Shown in pieces: positions 35,563 to 42,610 of a DNA stretch of 42,610 bases (the first letter of the stretch is position 1; every line of letters begins with the position of its first letter). The stretch lies in IMG/VR virus record IMGVR_UViG_3300044728_000289, positions 1 through 42,610 of that record; one strand, 5' to 3'. The notes beneath the pieces are model-generated. The model saw nothing but the letters and a program-made list of their open reading frames with translations, did not search any database and was not told the DNA's origin. The stretch is from a virus. Taxonomy: Duplodnaviria > Caudoviricetes. Both the position numbers and the translations under genes were made by a program.

Positions 35563-36175
35563 GCTGCAGCCACCGCCGCCAGACGTACTCCAGATCGCTC
35601 TGGCGCGCCCGCGGCACATCGTGGGCGCCGACGCGCTGGCCAGTCACACTCAGGAACCGATGATGGTCGTACATCTCTACCCAGTCCCGCCGGCGCCGCC
35701 CCTCGGGCAGACGGCCGCGGACGAAGATCCTGAGCCCGTCCCCGCCGGGGGACTGCTCGGTGTAGCTGTCCAGGGCGGCCACGATCTGCGGCGCCTCGGT
35801 TGGGTGCTCGCTCACATGATCGAGATCGACGCCAACGAGCCCCCAGCGCGGGTCGACACAGAAGCTCAGGCCGTCCCAGGGCCCCTGGCGATAGGCCTCG
35901 AAGCACGCGTCGAAGCTCGCCCAGGTGGCCTCGTCCCGCCCATCCGCCGGCTCGCCTGACGGCTGGCTCGGGGGCTTGGACCAGCGCCCGTTCACGTCCT
36001 GGGTGTACTTCCAGACCGCCCAGGCACGCTGGTTACGCAGGCTGGGCGGGATGTTCCAGCGGTCGACCAGCAGCGCCCCGGCCGGGGGCGGACCCTTGTA
36101 GGGGCGGGGCTGGTCGGCCCCACCAGCGATGGCCTGGAGCCACCGCGGCAAGGGCGGCCGGACCAGCGGGCTCAT
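35555..36175 (-). CDS. Stand-alone primase-polymerase (AEP, NrS-1 N-terminal-like) domain
   Basis: IPPSL....WAVW, KPP, TWASF, GVDLDH, SYTEQSPGGDGLRIF, VEMYD..RFLSVTG. Confidence 0.75.
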   Translation of the reverse strand: MSPLVRPPLPRWLQAIAGGADQPRPYKGPPPAGALLVDRWNIPPSLRNQRAWAVWKYTQDVNGRWSKPPSQPSGEPADGRDEATWASFDACFEAYRQGPWDGLSFCVDPRWGLVGVDLDHVSEHPTEAPQIVAALDSYTEQSPGGDGLRIFVRGRLPEGRRRRDWVEMYDHHRFLSVTGQRVGAHDVPRARQSDLEYVWRRWLQRG

Positions 36176-36193
36176 TGCCCGCGGAGTGTACGC

Positions 36194-37444
36194 CTAGCGC
36201 GCGAACGAGTAACGACTGGTCGTCGAGCTTGCCGCCTGGCTGGCGCCCAGGTGGGCCAGGCTGAGCGCCGTCACCGTGTCGTCGTGCAGGCCGTCGGGGG
36301 CGGCGTATTTGACCATGCCGGTCTGGGTCCGGCTGGACTCGTAGGCGCGTAACTCGCCGGCCTGGACCTCGTCGTCGAGCAGGGTGATGGCGCCGTTCTC
36401 GATGGCCAGCGCGAGGCTCTCGATGACGGCGCCCTTGGTCGCGTTGGTGGCCGTCCAGCCGAACACCGGCAGCGCCGGCTGGGGCTTGCCGACCAGCGGC
36501 TGGTAGCCCCGCTGGAGGCGCTCGACCAGGGGGCCGCCCATGCTGTTGGCCTCGGCCACGATCAGCCGCGGGCGGTACAGGTTGTACCAGCGGTGCAGGC
36601 GGCTGACCTGCAGGTCGTAGCTGACCTCGGTCATGCGGTCCAGGGCGACCTGCTCCATGAGCGTCGCGTCGAACATGCTGAAGACGGTGAAGTCGCCCGA
36701 GCGAGCCCAGTCCACGCCCATGACGTACTGGTGGCCGGGATGGGGCGGCTCGGGCTTGAGGCGCGCGACCGCGTCAACGCCGCGGAACACGCCCAGGCCG
36801 GTCAGGTTCAGGAAGACGGCCAGGATCTCCTGGGCAAACTCCCGCTCCGGCATGCTGGCCTTGGCCGCCTCGATCTCCTGGGCCTGGATGAACGGGTTGA
36901 CGCTGGTCGGCATCTGCCAGCTTGCCCACTCGGGCTGAAGCTGATCCAGGCCGCGCTGGTAGAGCAGATAGAAGTCGTTGAGGCCCTTGGGCGTGCTCAG
37001 GAACCAGGCGTCGCCGGCCAAGTCCATCAGCGTCGGCCGCAGCGCCAGGTTCCACGTACTCAGTAGCTGCGGCACCATCGCCGCCTCGTCGACGATCAGG
37101 CGGGCATACTTGCGGCCTCTGGCCGGATCGGGCCCGTCCAGGGACCAGCACTCGATGACGCCGTCGGTGACCAGTTCGAGGCGGTACTCGCCCTCCAGCT
37201 TGCGCCGCGTGATCGGCGCGAGCGTCGTCACCAGCACCCGCCAGAACTCGGCCAGCAGGCGGTAGGTCGGCGCCAGGTAGGCCGCGGGCTGACCAGCCAG
37301 GGCCGTCTGCACCAGCAGGTGCTGCGCGAGCGTGCTCTTGCCGGTCCGCCGCCCCAGGTCGGCCACGTTGAAGCGGCAGGCCTCGGCCAGGATCTGCTGC
37401 TGGGCCTCGTGCGGCCAGGGCAGCGTGATCTTCAGCGTCGGCAT
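36194..37444 (-). CDS. terL: Terminase large subunit
   Basis: Walker A GRRTGKST, Walker B LIVDEAA, STPKG, nuclease motifs GVDWARSGD and HDDTV. Confidence 0.95.
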   Translation of the reverse strand: MPTLKITLPWPHEAQQQILAEACRFNVADLGRRTGKSTLAQHLLVQTALAGQPAAYLAPTYRLLAEFWRVLVTTLAPITRRKLEGEYRLELVTDGVIECWSLDGPDPARGRKYARLIVDEAAMVPQLLSTWNLALRPTLMDLAGDAWFLSTPKGLNDFYLLYQRGLDQLQPEWASWQMPTSVNPFIQAQEIEAAKASMPEREFAQEILAVFLNLTGLGVFRGVDAVARLKPEPPHPGHQYVMGVDWARSGDFTVFSMFDATLMEQVALDRMTEVSYDLQVSRLHRWYNLYRPRLIVAEANSMGGPLVERLQRGYQPLVGKPQPALPVFGWTATNATKGAVIESLALAIENGAITLLDDEVQAGELRAYESSRTQTGMVKYAAPDGLHDDTVTALSLAHLGASQAASSTTSRYSFAR

Positions 37445-37450
37445 CGCCGG

Positions 37451-37813
37451 CTAGTGCTGACCGTTGGTCCCGTTCAGCCTGGGTTGGGCTGGCGCGCCCT
37501 GGTACTCGACCACGATGGTCATCTGGGTCTCGTTCTGGACCTTCTCGGTCGGCTTGAAGCCATTGCGGTCGAGGATGTCCTTGGCGGCGGCCAGCCCGAT
37601 GCCCGGCTGCTTGTGGCCGATCAACGTGCCCATGCGGGTGATCGCGGGGTCAACCAGGGCTGCCAGCCGCTCTCTGGCGTTCTCTTTGACGTGTGGTGCC
37701 GAGCCGCCGTGCATGCGGCACACGGTCCCGCCGCGGATGGCCGGGTTCTGACACGGCAGCTTGCTGTGCCTGTTATGGGCGCTGCATTTGCGGCGGGTGT
37801 GCGGCAGGCTCAC
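37451..37813 (-). CDS. terS: Terminase small subunit (HGGxSTG-type Zn motif)
   Basis: CSAH...PCQNPA...VCRMHGG, AAAKDILDRNG; directly upstream of TerL. Confidence 0.7.
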   Translation of the reverse strand: MSLPHTRRKCSAHNRHSKLPCQNPAIRGGTVCRMHGGSAPHVKENARERLAALVDPAITRMGTLIGHKQPGIGLAAAKDILDRNGFKPTEKVQNETQMTIVVEYQGAPAQPRLNGTNGQH

Positions 37814-38046
37814 GCGGCCTCTTTGTGCTTGCGCACCTTCGCTTTGGGCGCTTTGGGCGGCTTGCGAAACCTTTGCAAGCCACCGAGCTTCTCGACGAGC
37901 GCGCGAGCTTCAGCTTCCGCGCCGGCCAGGTTGGAGGCCCAGCCGTAGGCCGTGTGATCGCACAGCCAAAGCTGGTCGGTGATCTGGACCATCACACAGC
38001 CGTGGGGGCAGCCCTTGTCGCGCTTGGTCCCGACGATCTGCCTCAC
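37810..38046 (-). CDS. Small Cys/His protein with basic tail
   Basis: CPHGC...WLCDH; overlap-coupled to neighbours. Confidence 0.6.
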   Translation of the reverse strand: MRQIVGTKRDKGCPHGCVMVQITDQLWLCDHTAYGWASNLAGAEAEARALVEKLGGLQRFRKPPKAPKAKVRKHKEAA

Positions 38047-38204
38047 GACGGCACCATCTTAGGAGCGTGGCAAGCGCACTTGCACGGCCACTTGCCGCGC
38101 TTGCCCGCGCCGTCGCCATAGCGACCCAAGCAGCGCCAGTGTTGGCCGACCTTGCACGCCTGGCTGCTCTCGATAGTGAACGGGTACGCCCGAGTTGGCG
38201 GCAT
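38043..38204 (-). CDS. Small Cys-rich protein (CxCxCH)
   Basis: ATG 38204 at a TGATG overlap; AC...H..C...CKCACH. Confidence 0.6.
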   Translation of the reverse strand: MPPTRAYPFTIESSQACKVGQHWRCLGRYGDGAGKRGKWPCKCACHAPKMVPS

Positions 38205-39019
38205 CAGCCGACCCACGGATCGAACGGCTCGGGTTTGAGCCTGATGAAGGGCGGCCGGTCCTGGGGGCAGACGTGCTCGTGGCTCCACTTGCTGCCGCAC
38301 TCGTAACACGCGGGGTGCTTGCCGTTGCACGTGAAACGCCCGGCGTAGGCCTCGGTGACGATGGGCCGCGCCTGGTCCCAGAACTGGCCGAAGGAGTTCT
38401 CCAGGGTCCGCGGACTGTCGAAGATCTGGAGCGTTCCCAGGGCCCGATTCAGAACCACGTAGCGGAACCTGGCCTGCACGCCGAACTGGTGGCTGACGGC
38501 CCACAGGTAGATCGCCGGCTGCCATAGCTCCTGGGCGACGCGGTCCTCACCCCAGGTGCCGACGGTCGTCTTGAAGTCGTAGATCACCGGTCCCGACGGG
38601 TGATCCAGATCCAGCAGGTCGATGGCGCCCACGGTGGGCGCCCCCAGGCTGGCGTCGCTGGGGATGCTGAAGGCCCATTCACTGCGGCCTTTCAGGCCCA
38701 GGTGCTGGACCTGGGTCAGCAGGTCGATGGCGGTGCTGATGGTGCCGGCCGGGATCGGCTGGCCCCACCAGGCGTACTGTGCCCTCAAATGGCCTCTGAG
38801 AGCGCGCTCAGCGTCGTGGCCGGCATACAGGTCCTCCAGTGCCAGGTGGAAGGCTTTGCCATATGCCAGGGCCTCTGAGGGCTCAATTTCGCTATGCCGG
38901 ACATATCGGTCGGCAAAGACCCCCGGGCATTGGGCCCAGGCCATGAAGCGGGAGGCCGACCAGTGGGGATAGACCAGGCTGTCGGCCGGCTGGTCGAGGA
39001 CGTTGACGGGCTGACTCAC
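38204..39019 (-). CDS. PD-(D/E)XK RecB/Cas4-like exonuclease
   Basis: SASR....QCP, GKAFH, GAIDLL, IYDFKT, QPAIY, C-terminal Cys cluster. Confidence 0.85.
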   Translation of the reverse strand: MSQPVNVLDQPADSLVYPHWSASRFMAWAQCPGVFADRYVRHSEIEPSEALAYGKAFHLALEDLYAGHDAERALRGHLRAQYAWWGQPIPAGTISTAIDLLTQVQHLGLKGRSEWAFSIPSDASLGAPTVGAIDLLDLDHPSGPVIYDFKTTVGTWGEDRVAQELWQPAIYLWAVSHQFGVQARFRYVVLNRALGTLQIFDSPRTLENSFGQFWDQARPIVTEAYAGRFTCNGKHPACYECGSKWSHEHVCPQDRPPFIRLKPEPFDPWVG

Positions 39020-39348
39020 TGCAGGGCCTCGCGGACGTTGGCGAGTTGGGCCCGCAGAGCTTTGCGCGCGGTCTGGACGTGCCATGACGAGTGCAGGTTG
39101 CCTTCAGTCGTGGCGATCTCTTCTAGCGCCGCCCGCAGCCGCTCGTTCTCGGCTTCGGCTGATTCGGCGCGAATCTTCCATCCGCGCATGCCGATCCCTT
39201 CTTTCAGCAGCCGCTCGTTCTCGGCGCGCAGTGCCTCATAGGCGTCCGCGAGCGGCAGGGCGTACAGTCGCCCGCCTTCGTCATCGCACGTGTTGGCCCA
39301 GCGGCGAACCTCCCCGAGGGCCACATCACCTAGTGGTTTGGTCGTCAT
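39016..39348 (-). CDS. Hypothetical coiled-coil protein
   Basis: AENERL repeated twice. Confidence 0.65.
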   Translation of the reverse strand: MTTKPLGDVALGEVRRWANTCDDEGGRLYALPLADAYEALRAENERLLKEGIGMRGWKIRAESAEAENERLRAALEEIATTEGNLHSSWHVQTARKALRAQLANVREALQ

Positions 39349-39357
39349 ATCAAACAG

Positions 39358-39480
39358 CTAGCTCCCCCAAAGCCGCCGAACCCAGCCTGGGAACAGGCGG
39401 GTCAGCACCGTGTGGATCAACGGCACGCTGGCGTAGGCCAGTCCGACACCGAGCAGGAACGAATCCCAATCAACGCTCAT
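39358..39480 (-). CDS. Small membrane peptide (40 aa)
   Basis: MSVDWDSFLLGVGLAYASVPLIHTVL...; fills the gap between genes. Confidence 0.5.
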   Translation of the reverse strand: MSVDWDSFLLGVGLAYASVPLIHTVLTRLFPGWVRRLWGS

Positions 39481-39862
39481 GAGGTCGCTCAAGTGCCTCC
39501 TGTGCCCATCGGACGTACTGGTCGGCATGCGCCGAGTCATCTGCAATCAGAAACAGAACCGCCCGCAGCCGCTCCAGATGATCGCGCTCGACCTCAACGA
39601 TGCCGAGCCGCGCGCGCAGGGCCTTGATCTCCAGATCCTTGTTGGCGTTGGACTGGGTCAGGTTCTCGACCGCCTGCTGATAGACCACCTCGCCCTGCAC
39701 CGCCCGCTGCTGGCGCGCGTCGACGATCTGCTGCTTCTGGTTGTCCAACCGGCGCAGGTCGGTCTGCAGCAGGGTGATCGCCGCCGCCATCTCGTCGAGG
39801 CGCTTGTAGATCCAGCGGATCGGCGGCGAGGCCTCGTGGTCGGGGATGTCCATGTCGGGCAT
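39470..39862 (-). CDS. Hypothetical coiled-coil protein
   Basis: ATG 39862 at a TGATG overlap. Confidence 0.65.
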   Translation of the reverse strand: MPDMDIPDHEASPPIRWIYKRLDEMAAAITLLQTDLRRLDNQKQQIVDARQQRAVQGEVVYQQAVENLTQSNANKDLEIKALRARLGIVEVERDHLERLRAVLFLIADDSAHADQYVRWAQEALERPHER

Positions 39863-40125
39863 CAGTCGTCGTCCTGGGCCGGGGCAGCTTCCGCGGCAGC
39901 CTTGACCTCGGCCGCCCACTTCGAGCGGTAGGCACTCTGGTTGCCCCGCGGGTCACCGATGCGGGCCCAGTAGTCGAACCGCTCCTGCATCGCATGCTGG
40001 CGGTAGCCGGTCGGCGCGTCGTCCTTGTGGATGCTGTGCCAGGCTCCGTCCTCGGGGTCCTGCACGAGCAGGTAGCCGAACTCTTTCGCCCACCGACAGC
40101 GCGGCGGGAATGGTGCTTTCGCCAC
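39862..40125 (-). CDS. Hypothetical protein
   Basis: AGGA RBS; ORF fills the gap. Confidence 0.65.
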   Translation of the reverse strand: MAKAPFPPRCRWAKEFGYLLVQDPEDGAWHSIHKDDAPTGYRQHAMQERFDYWARIGDPRGNQSAYRSKWAAEVKAAAEAAPAQDDD

Positions 40126-40129
40126 GGTC

Positions 40130-42238
40130 CTATTCTAGCTCCATCTCTGTCTGATTCCGAACCCCGTCCCGAACCCCGTCCGACACCTCCCCCTCCGGGG
40201 GGTTGGGGGACTCGGACGAGGTTCTCAAACCGGACGGCAACCAGAACACCGTCGGGGCCGGCCCCGAGACGCCCAGCTTGGGGCCTGGTCCCGTTGCCAC
40301 CAGGCCCATCGCCACGCGGTTCTTCAACTCCGCCCGGGTGGCCACATCCTTGCCCCCGATGTGGCGCGCAAGCTTGACCAGCGTCACGCCGGTCGTCGCG
40401 TCGTGGCAGCCCAGGTCGAACAGGCCGTCGGCAAGCTGGTCCCACAGCGGGCGGCGGTCGTGGGTCTCCGGATGCAGCTTGACCGGCGGCGAGTCCTCGC
40501 GGAGGCAATAGTCGCCATCGCGCAGGATCAGCGGCAGCCAGGGCGGGGTGTCCTCGGACAGGCGGCCCTTGGCCTTCAGGTCACGAACCGGCTGGAGGCC
40601 ATCGGGGTCGTTCTTGATGTAGTCGAGATCGAGCAGGATGTCGGCCGCGCCGGCGAAGGCGCTGGAGCCGCGGCCGGCCTGGCCGACTGGGCCACCAGAC
40701 TTACGGCCGTGGCGCAGGTACAGCACGGCGTAGCCGTCGTTGGCCAGCCGTCGTAGCTCGTTCATCGCCTCGCGGGCCTTGCCAGCGTCGTTCTCGTCGT
40801 CGATGCCAGCGATCATGCTCAGCGTGTCGATCACGATCAGGTCGACCTGGCGGTACTGGACGCGCTTGCGGATCTCGCGGATGACGGTCGACCAGGGGTA
40901 GTTGCCCAGCTTGGCCTGGGGCAGGGTGTAGAAGCCGTCGTGGAAGTCCAGCACGCCCCAGCGGGCGCAGGCGGCGCGGAAGCTGCCGCCACCCTCCTCG
41001 GTGACGTAGTAGATCGTCCCCGCGGTCAGCGCCTGGCCACAAAAGTCGGCCGCGCCGGTCAGCAGCGCGCGACTCAGGCAGAGCGCCAGGCTGGTCTTGC
41101 CGACCTTGGGATAGGCCGTCAACTCTGTTACGAGGCCTTTACCAACGAGGCCGTGACAGACCCAGTCGATGTGCTGCGCGGACAGGTTCCGAAGCTCGTC
41201 CAGAGTCAACTCGGCAAACAGGCTATCGGGTTCGAGAACCTCGTCCCGAACCTCGTCCCGCTTCTCATCCCCTAGGGTTGGGCCGAGGTTCCATTGGGAC
41301 GAGGTTCTCCCGGGGTCACCTTCGAGCCTACCGGAGAGCTTCTCGTCAGGCGGGTTGATGGCGTATTTCGCGGCGCTGTGCGCGAGCCGCAGCACGTCCG
41401 CGAGCGTTACCGGAGGTTTACAAAACTCGAGGTTGATGGCCTCCAGCCGGACCCCGATCTCGTACTCCTCCAGGCCATCCTCGCCGCGCAGCCGGCCCGC
41501 GATGGACATCAGCGTGTTGTCCCTGGTGCCCTCCGGAATGTCGGTCATCGGCCGCCAGCCGTAGGTCCCCTGACCAGCCAGGCCAGCGATCCGGGCGACC
41601 GCGACTTCACGCTCACCGCCAAGCTCGACGACCCAGTCGGGCAGCCGCGGCAGGTCGGCCAGGGCGTCCTCATCCAGGGCCCAGACCCAGCGGTACATCG
41701 CGCGGCTGACGTGCATGCTGGGCGGCAGGATGACGTAGCCGCCCTGGCCGCGGAAGTCGATCCCCGACCGCTTGCTGAACAGCGTCGGCGCCTCGGCCCG
41801 CCAGGCGAAGAAGCGGTGCTGACCGCCGACCCGGCCGGTGTGGCTGAATGGCCCGGCGGGCAGTTCACCCATGTCGCTGGCGGCCCGCACCGCCAGGTCG
41901 CCATCGAGGTCAACCACAACCACGCCGGACAACTCGCCGGTGGCCAGGCCGATGTTGGCGCCGGGCCACTGTCGCCACCACTTCTCCACCTCGGCCTCAG
42001 CCGGTACGCGCGCCTGGTACTCGGCCCACGCTACCAGCGGCGTCTTGCCCATCTTGGTGCAGGTGACGCGCTGCCAGATGACGCGGTCGCCCTGGCGCGT
42101 GCGCTCCTGATGGGTGTGCGAGACCAGGGCCGGACAGACGGGGAAGATCGGCAGACCCAGGCTGCGGTAGTAGAGAGCCCAGTAGACGACGGGATCGCTG
42201 ACCGCGGGGAGCGGCCCGGGTGTACTATTCGGTTCCAT
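40130..42238 (-). CDS. Bifunctional primase-polymerase, PriCT and AAA_25/RecA-like helicase
   Basis: ANIGLATG..VVVVDLD, GGQHRFF, IDFRGQGGYVILPPSMH; EGTRDNTL; Walker A AYPKVGKTS, Walker B IVIDTL, RGSSAF. GAGGAG RBS before ATG 42238. Confidence 0.9.
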   Translation of the reverse strand: MEPNSTPGPLPAVSDPVVYWALYYRSLGLPIFPVCPALVSHTHQERTRQGDRVIWQRVTCTKMGKTPLVAWAEYQARVPAEAEVEKWWRQWPGANIGLATGELSGVVVVDLDGDLAVRAASDMGELPAGPFSHTGRVGGQHRFFAWRAEAPTLFSKRSGIDFRGQGGYVILPPSMHVSRAMYRWVWALDEDALADLPRLPDWVVELGGEREVAVARIAGLAGQGTYGWRPMTDIPEGTRDNTLMSIAGRLRGEDGLEEYEIGVRLEAINLEFCKPPVTLADVLRLAHSAAKYAINPPDEKLSGRLEGDPGRTSSQWNLGPTLGDEKRDEVRDEVLEPDSLFAELTLDELRNLSAQHIDWVCHGLVGKGLVTELTAYPKVGKTSLALCLSRALLTGAADFCGQALTAGTIYYVTEEGGGSFRAACARWGVLDFHDGFYTLPQAKLGNYPWSTVIREIRKRVQYRQVDLIVIDTLSMIAGIDDENDAGKAREAMNELRRLANDGYAVLYLRHGRKSGGPVGQAGRGSSAFAGAADILLDLDYIKNDPDGLQPVRDLKAKGRLSEDTPPWLPLILRDGDYCLREDSPPVKLHPETHDRRPLWDQLADGLFDLGCHDATTGVTLVKLARHIGGKDVATRAELKNRVAMGLVATGPGPKLGVSGPAPTVFWLPSGLRTSSESPNPPEGEVSDGVRDGVRNQTEMELE
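40159..40226. repeat. Iteron-like cluster A
   Basis: GAACCCCGTCCC and GAACCCCGTCCG in tandem, then GGGTTGGG, then inverted GGACGAGGTTC. Confidence 0.65.
41234..41309. repeat. Iteron-like cluster B
   Basis: GAACCTCGTCCC twice in tandem, then GGGTTGGG, then an inverted copy giving a 14-bp perfect IR (GAGAACCTCGTCCC/GGGACGAGGTTCTC). Confidence 0.75.
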
Positions 42239-42270
42239 CGCGCTTTCTCCTCGGGTTGGGGAGTTGGAAT

Positions 42271-42297
42271 GGCCCCCTCTGTACAGGGGGCCTTTTC
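42271..42297 (+). terminator. Hairpin with U-tail on the plus strand
   Basis: GGCCCCCT-CTGTAC-AGGGGGCC-TTTTC. Confidence 0.5.
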
Positions 42298-42315
42298 TAT
42301 GGCCTGCTGACGAGG

Positions 42316-42610
42316 TTAGCGGAGTGGTGAGGCAAGCTCGCGCAGGATGCGCACCTCGTCCCGCGGGCGCCAGATGTCGACATCCAGACCGGCCGCCGCG
42401 AGCAGGGCGATCCAGTGCTTCTGGTGACGGCTGGTCTGGCCGACCTCGGTCTTCAGTTCGCGGAACATGACCTGGCCATCCCGCGCGAAGACCCAGTCCG
42501 GCCAGCCGTAGCCGCAGGCGTGGTCCGCGCCGGTCTCGATGGTGTGAATGCCCCTGACGGCAGCTTCCGAGTAGCGGACATGAAACCCGCACCAGCCCCG
42601 CTCCCGGGCC
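42316..42610 (-). CDS. VRR-NUC domain nuclease, 3' part (starts at 210 across the junction)
   Basis: In-frame continuation to TAA at 42316-42318. Confidence 0.85.
   Translation of the reverse strand, partial: ARERGWCGFHVRYSEAAVRGIHTIETGADHACGYGWPDWVFARDGQVMFRELKTEVGQTSRHQKHWIALLAAAGLDVDIWRPRDEVRILRELASPLR
42485..42610. repeat. Terminal overlap, copy 2
   Basis: Identical to 2-127. Confidence 0.95.

Noticed and set aside
38204-39019. Cas4 as evidence of CRISPR-Cas
   Set aside because: Stand-alone RecB/Cas4-like nucleases are common phage recombination genes; there is no cas1, cas2 or array.
42239-42592. N-terminal extension of the primase ORF (and similar extensions of other tracked ORFs)
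   Set aside because: The extensions overlap real upstream genes in another frame; downstream starts have an RBS or stop-start coupling.
1-42610. Genome-wide TAG reassignment (alternative genetic code)
   Set aside because: Standard-code ORFs tile the genome densely, conserved domains are not interrupted, many TAG junctions are out of frame, and no suppressor tRNA is seen.
42485-42610. Biological direct terminal repeat
   Set aside because: The length matches a typical assembler k-mer overlap and it falls mid-gene, so it is more likely an assembly artefact.

Overview
The window is an essentially complete, high-GC bacteriophage genome of about 42.5 kb. Positions 2-127 repeat 42485-42610, and a VRR-NUC gene reads through the junction. 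Morphology is probably podovirus-like: TerS, TerL, portal, scaffold, P22-type coat, adaptor and nozzle-like proteins, two fibres and three probable ejection proteins, with no recognisable tape measure or tail tube. No integrase, tRNA or CRISPR array is visible. About 37 kb is read on the minus strand (4489 leftward through the junction to 10155). A 5.6 kb plus-strand island of small early-type genes (4582-10158) is driven by repeated sigma70-type promoters placed for leaderless mRNAs. Main candidates for novelty: (1) a 2783-aa probable ejected protein carrying a C39-like peptidase, a GH73 hydrolase, an ART-like domain, an HhH-GPD-like domain and an unknown module, where the cargo modules are separated by a repeated Gly/Ala hydrophobic hairpin with a D/E-rich DPNR loop; (2) four copies of a promoter cassette (TGCCGGCA box, TTGCAT-17-TATAAA-6-start), two preceded by terminator-like hairpins; (3) iteron-like repeat clusters inside the primase-helicase gene; (4) a stand-alone PrimPol domain between terminase and portal; (5) in-frame TAG junctions in the virion module. 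All product calls come from motif recognition by eye, with no database search. The host (a high-GC monoderm such as Chloroflexota or Actinomycetota) is inference.
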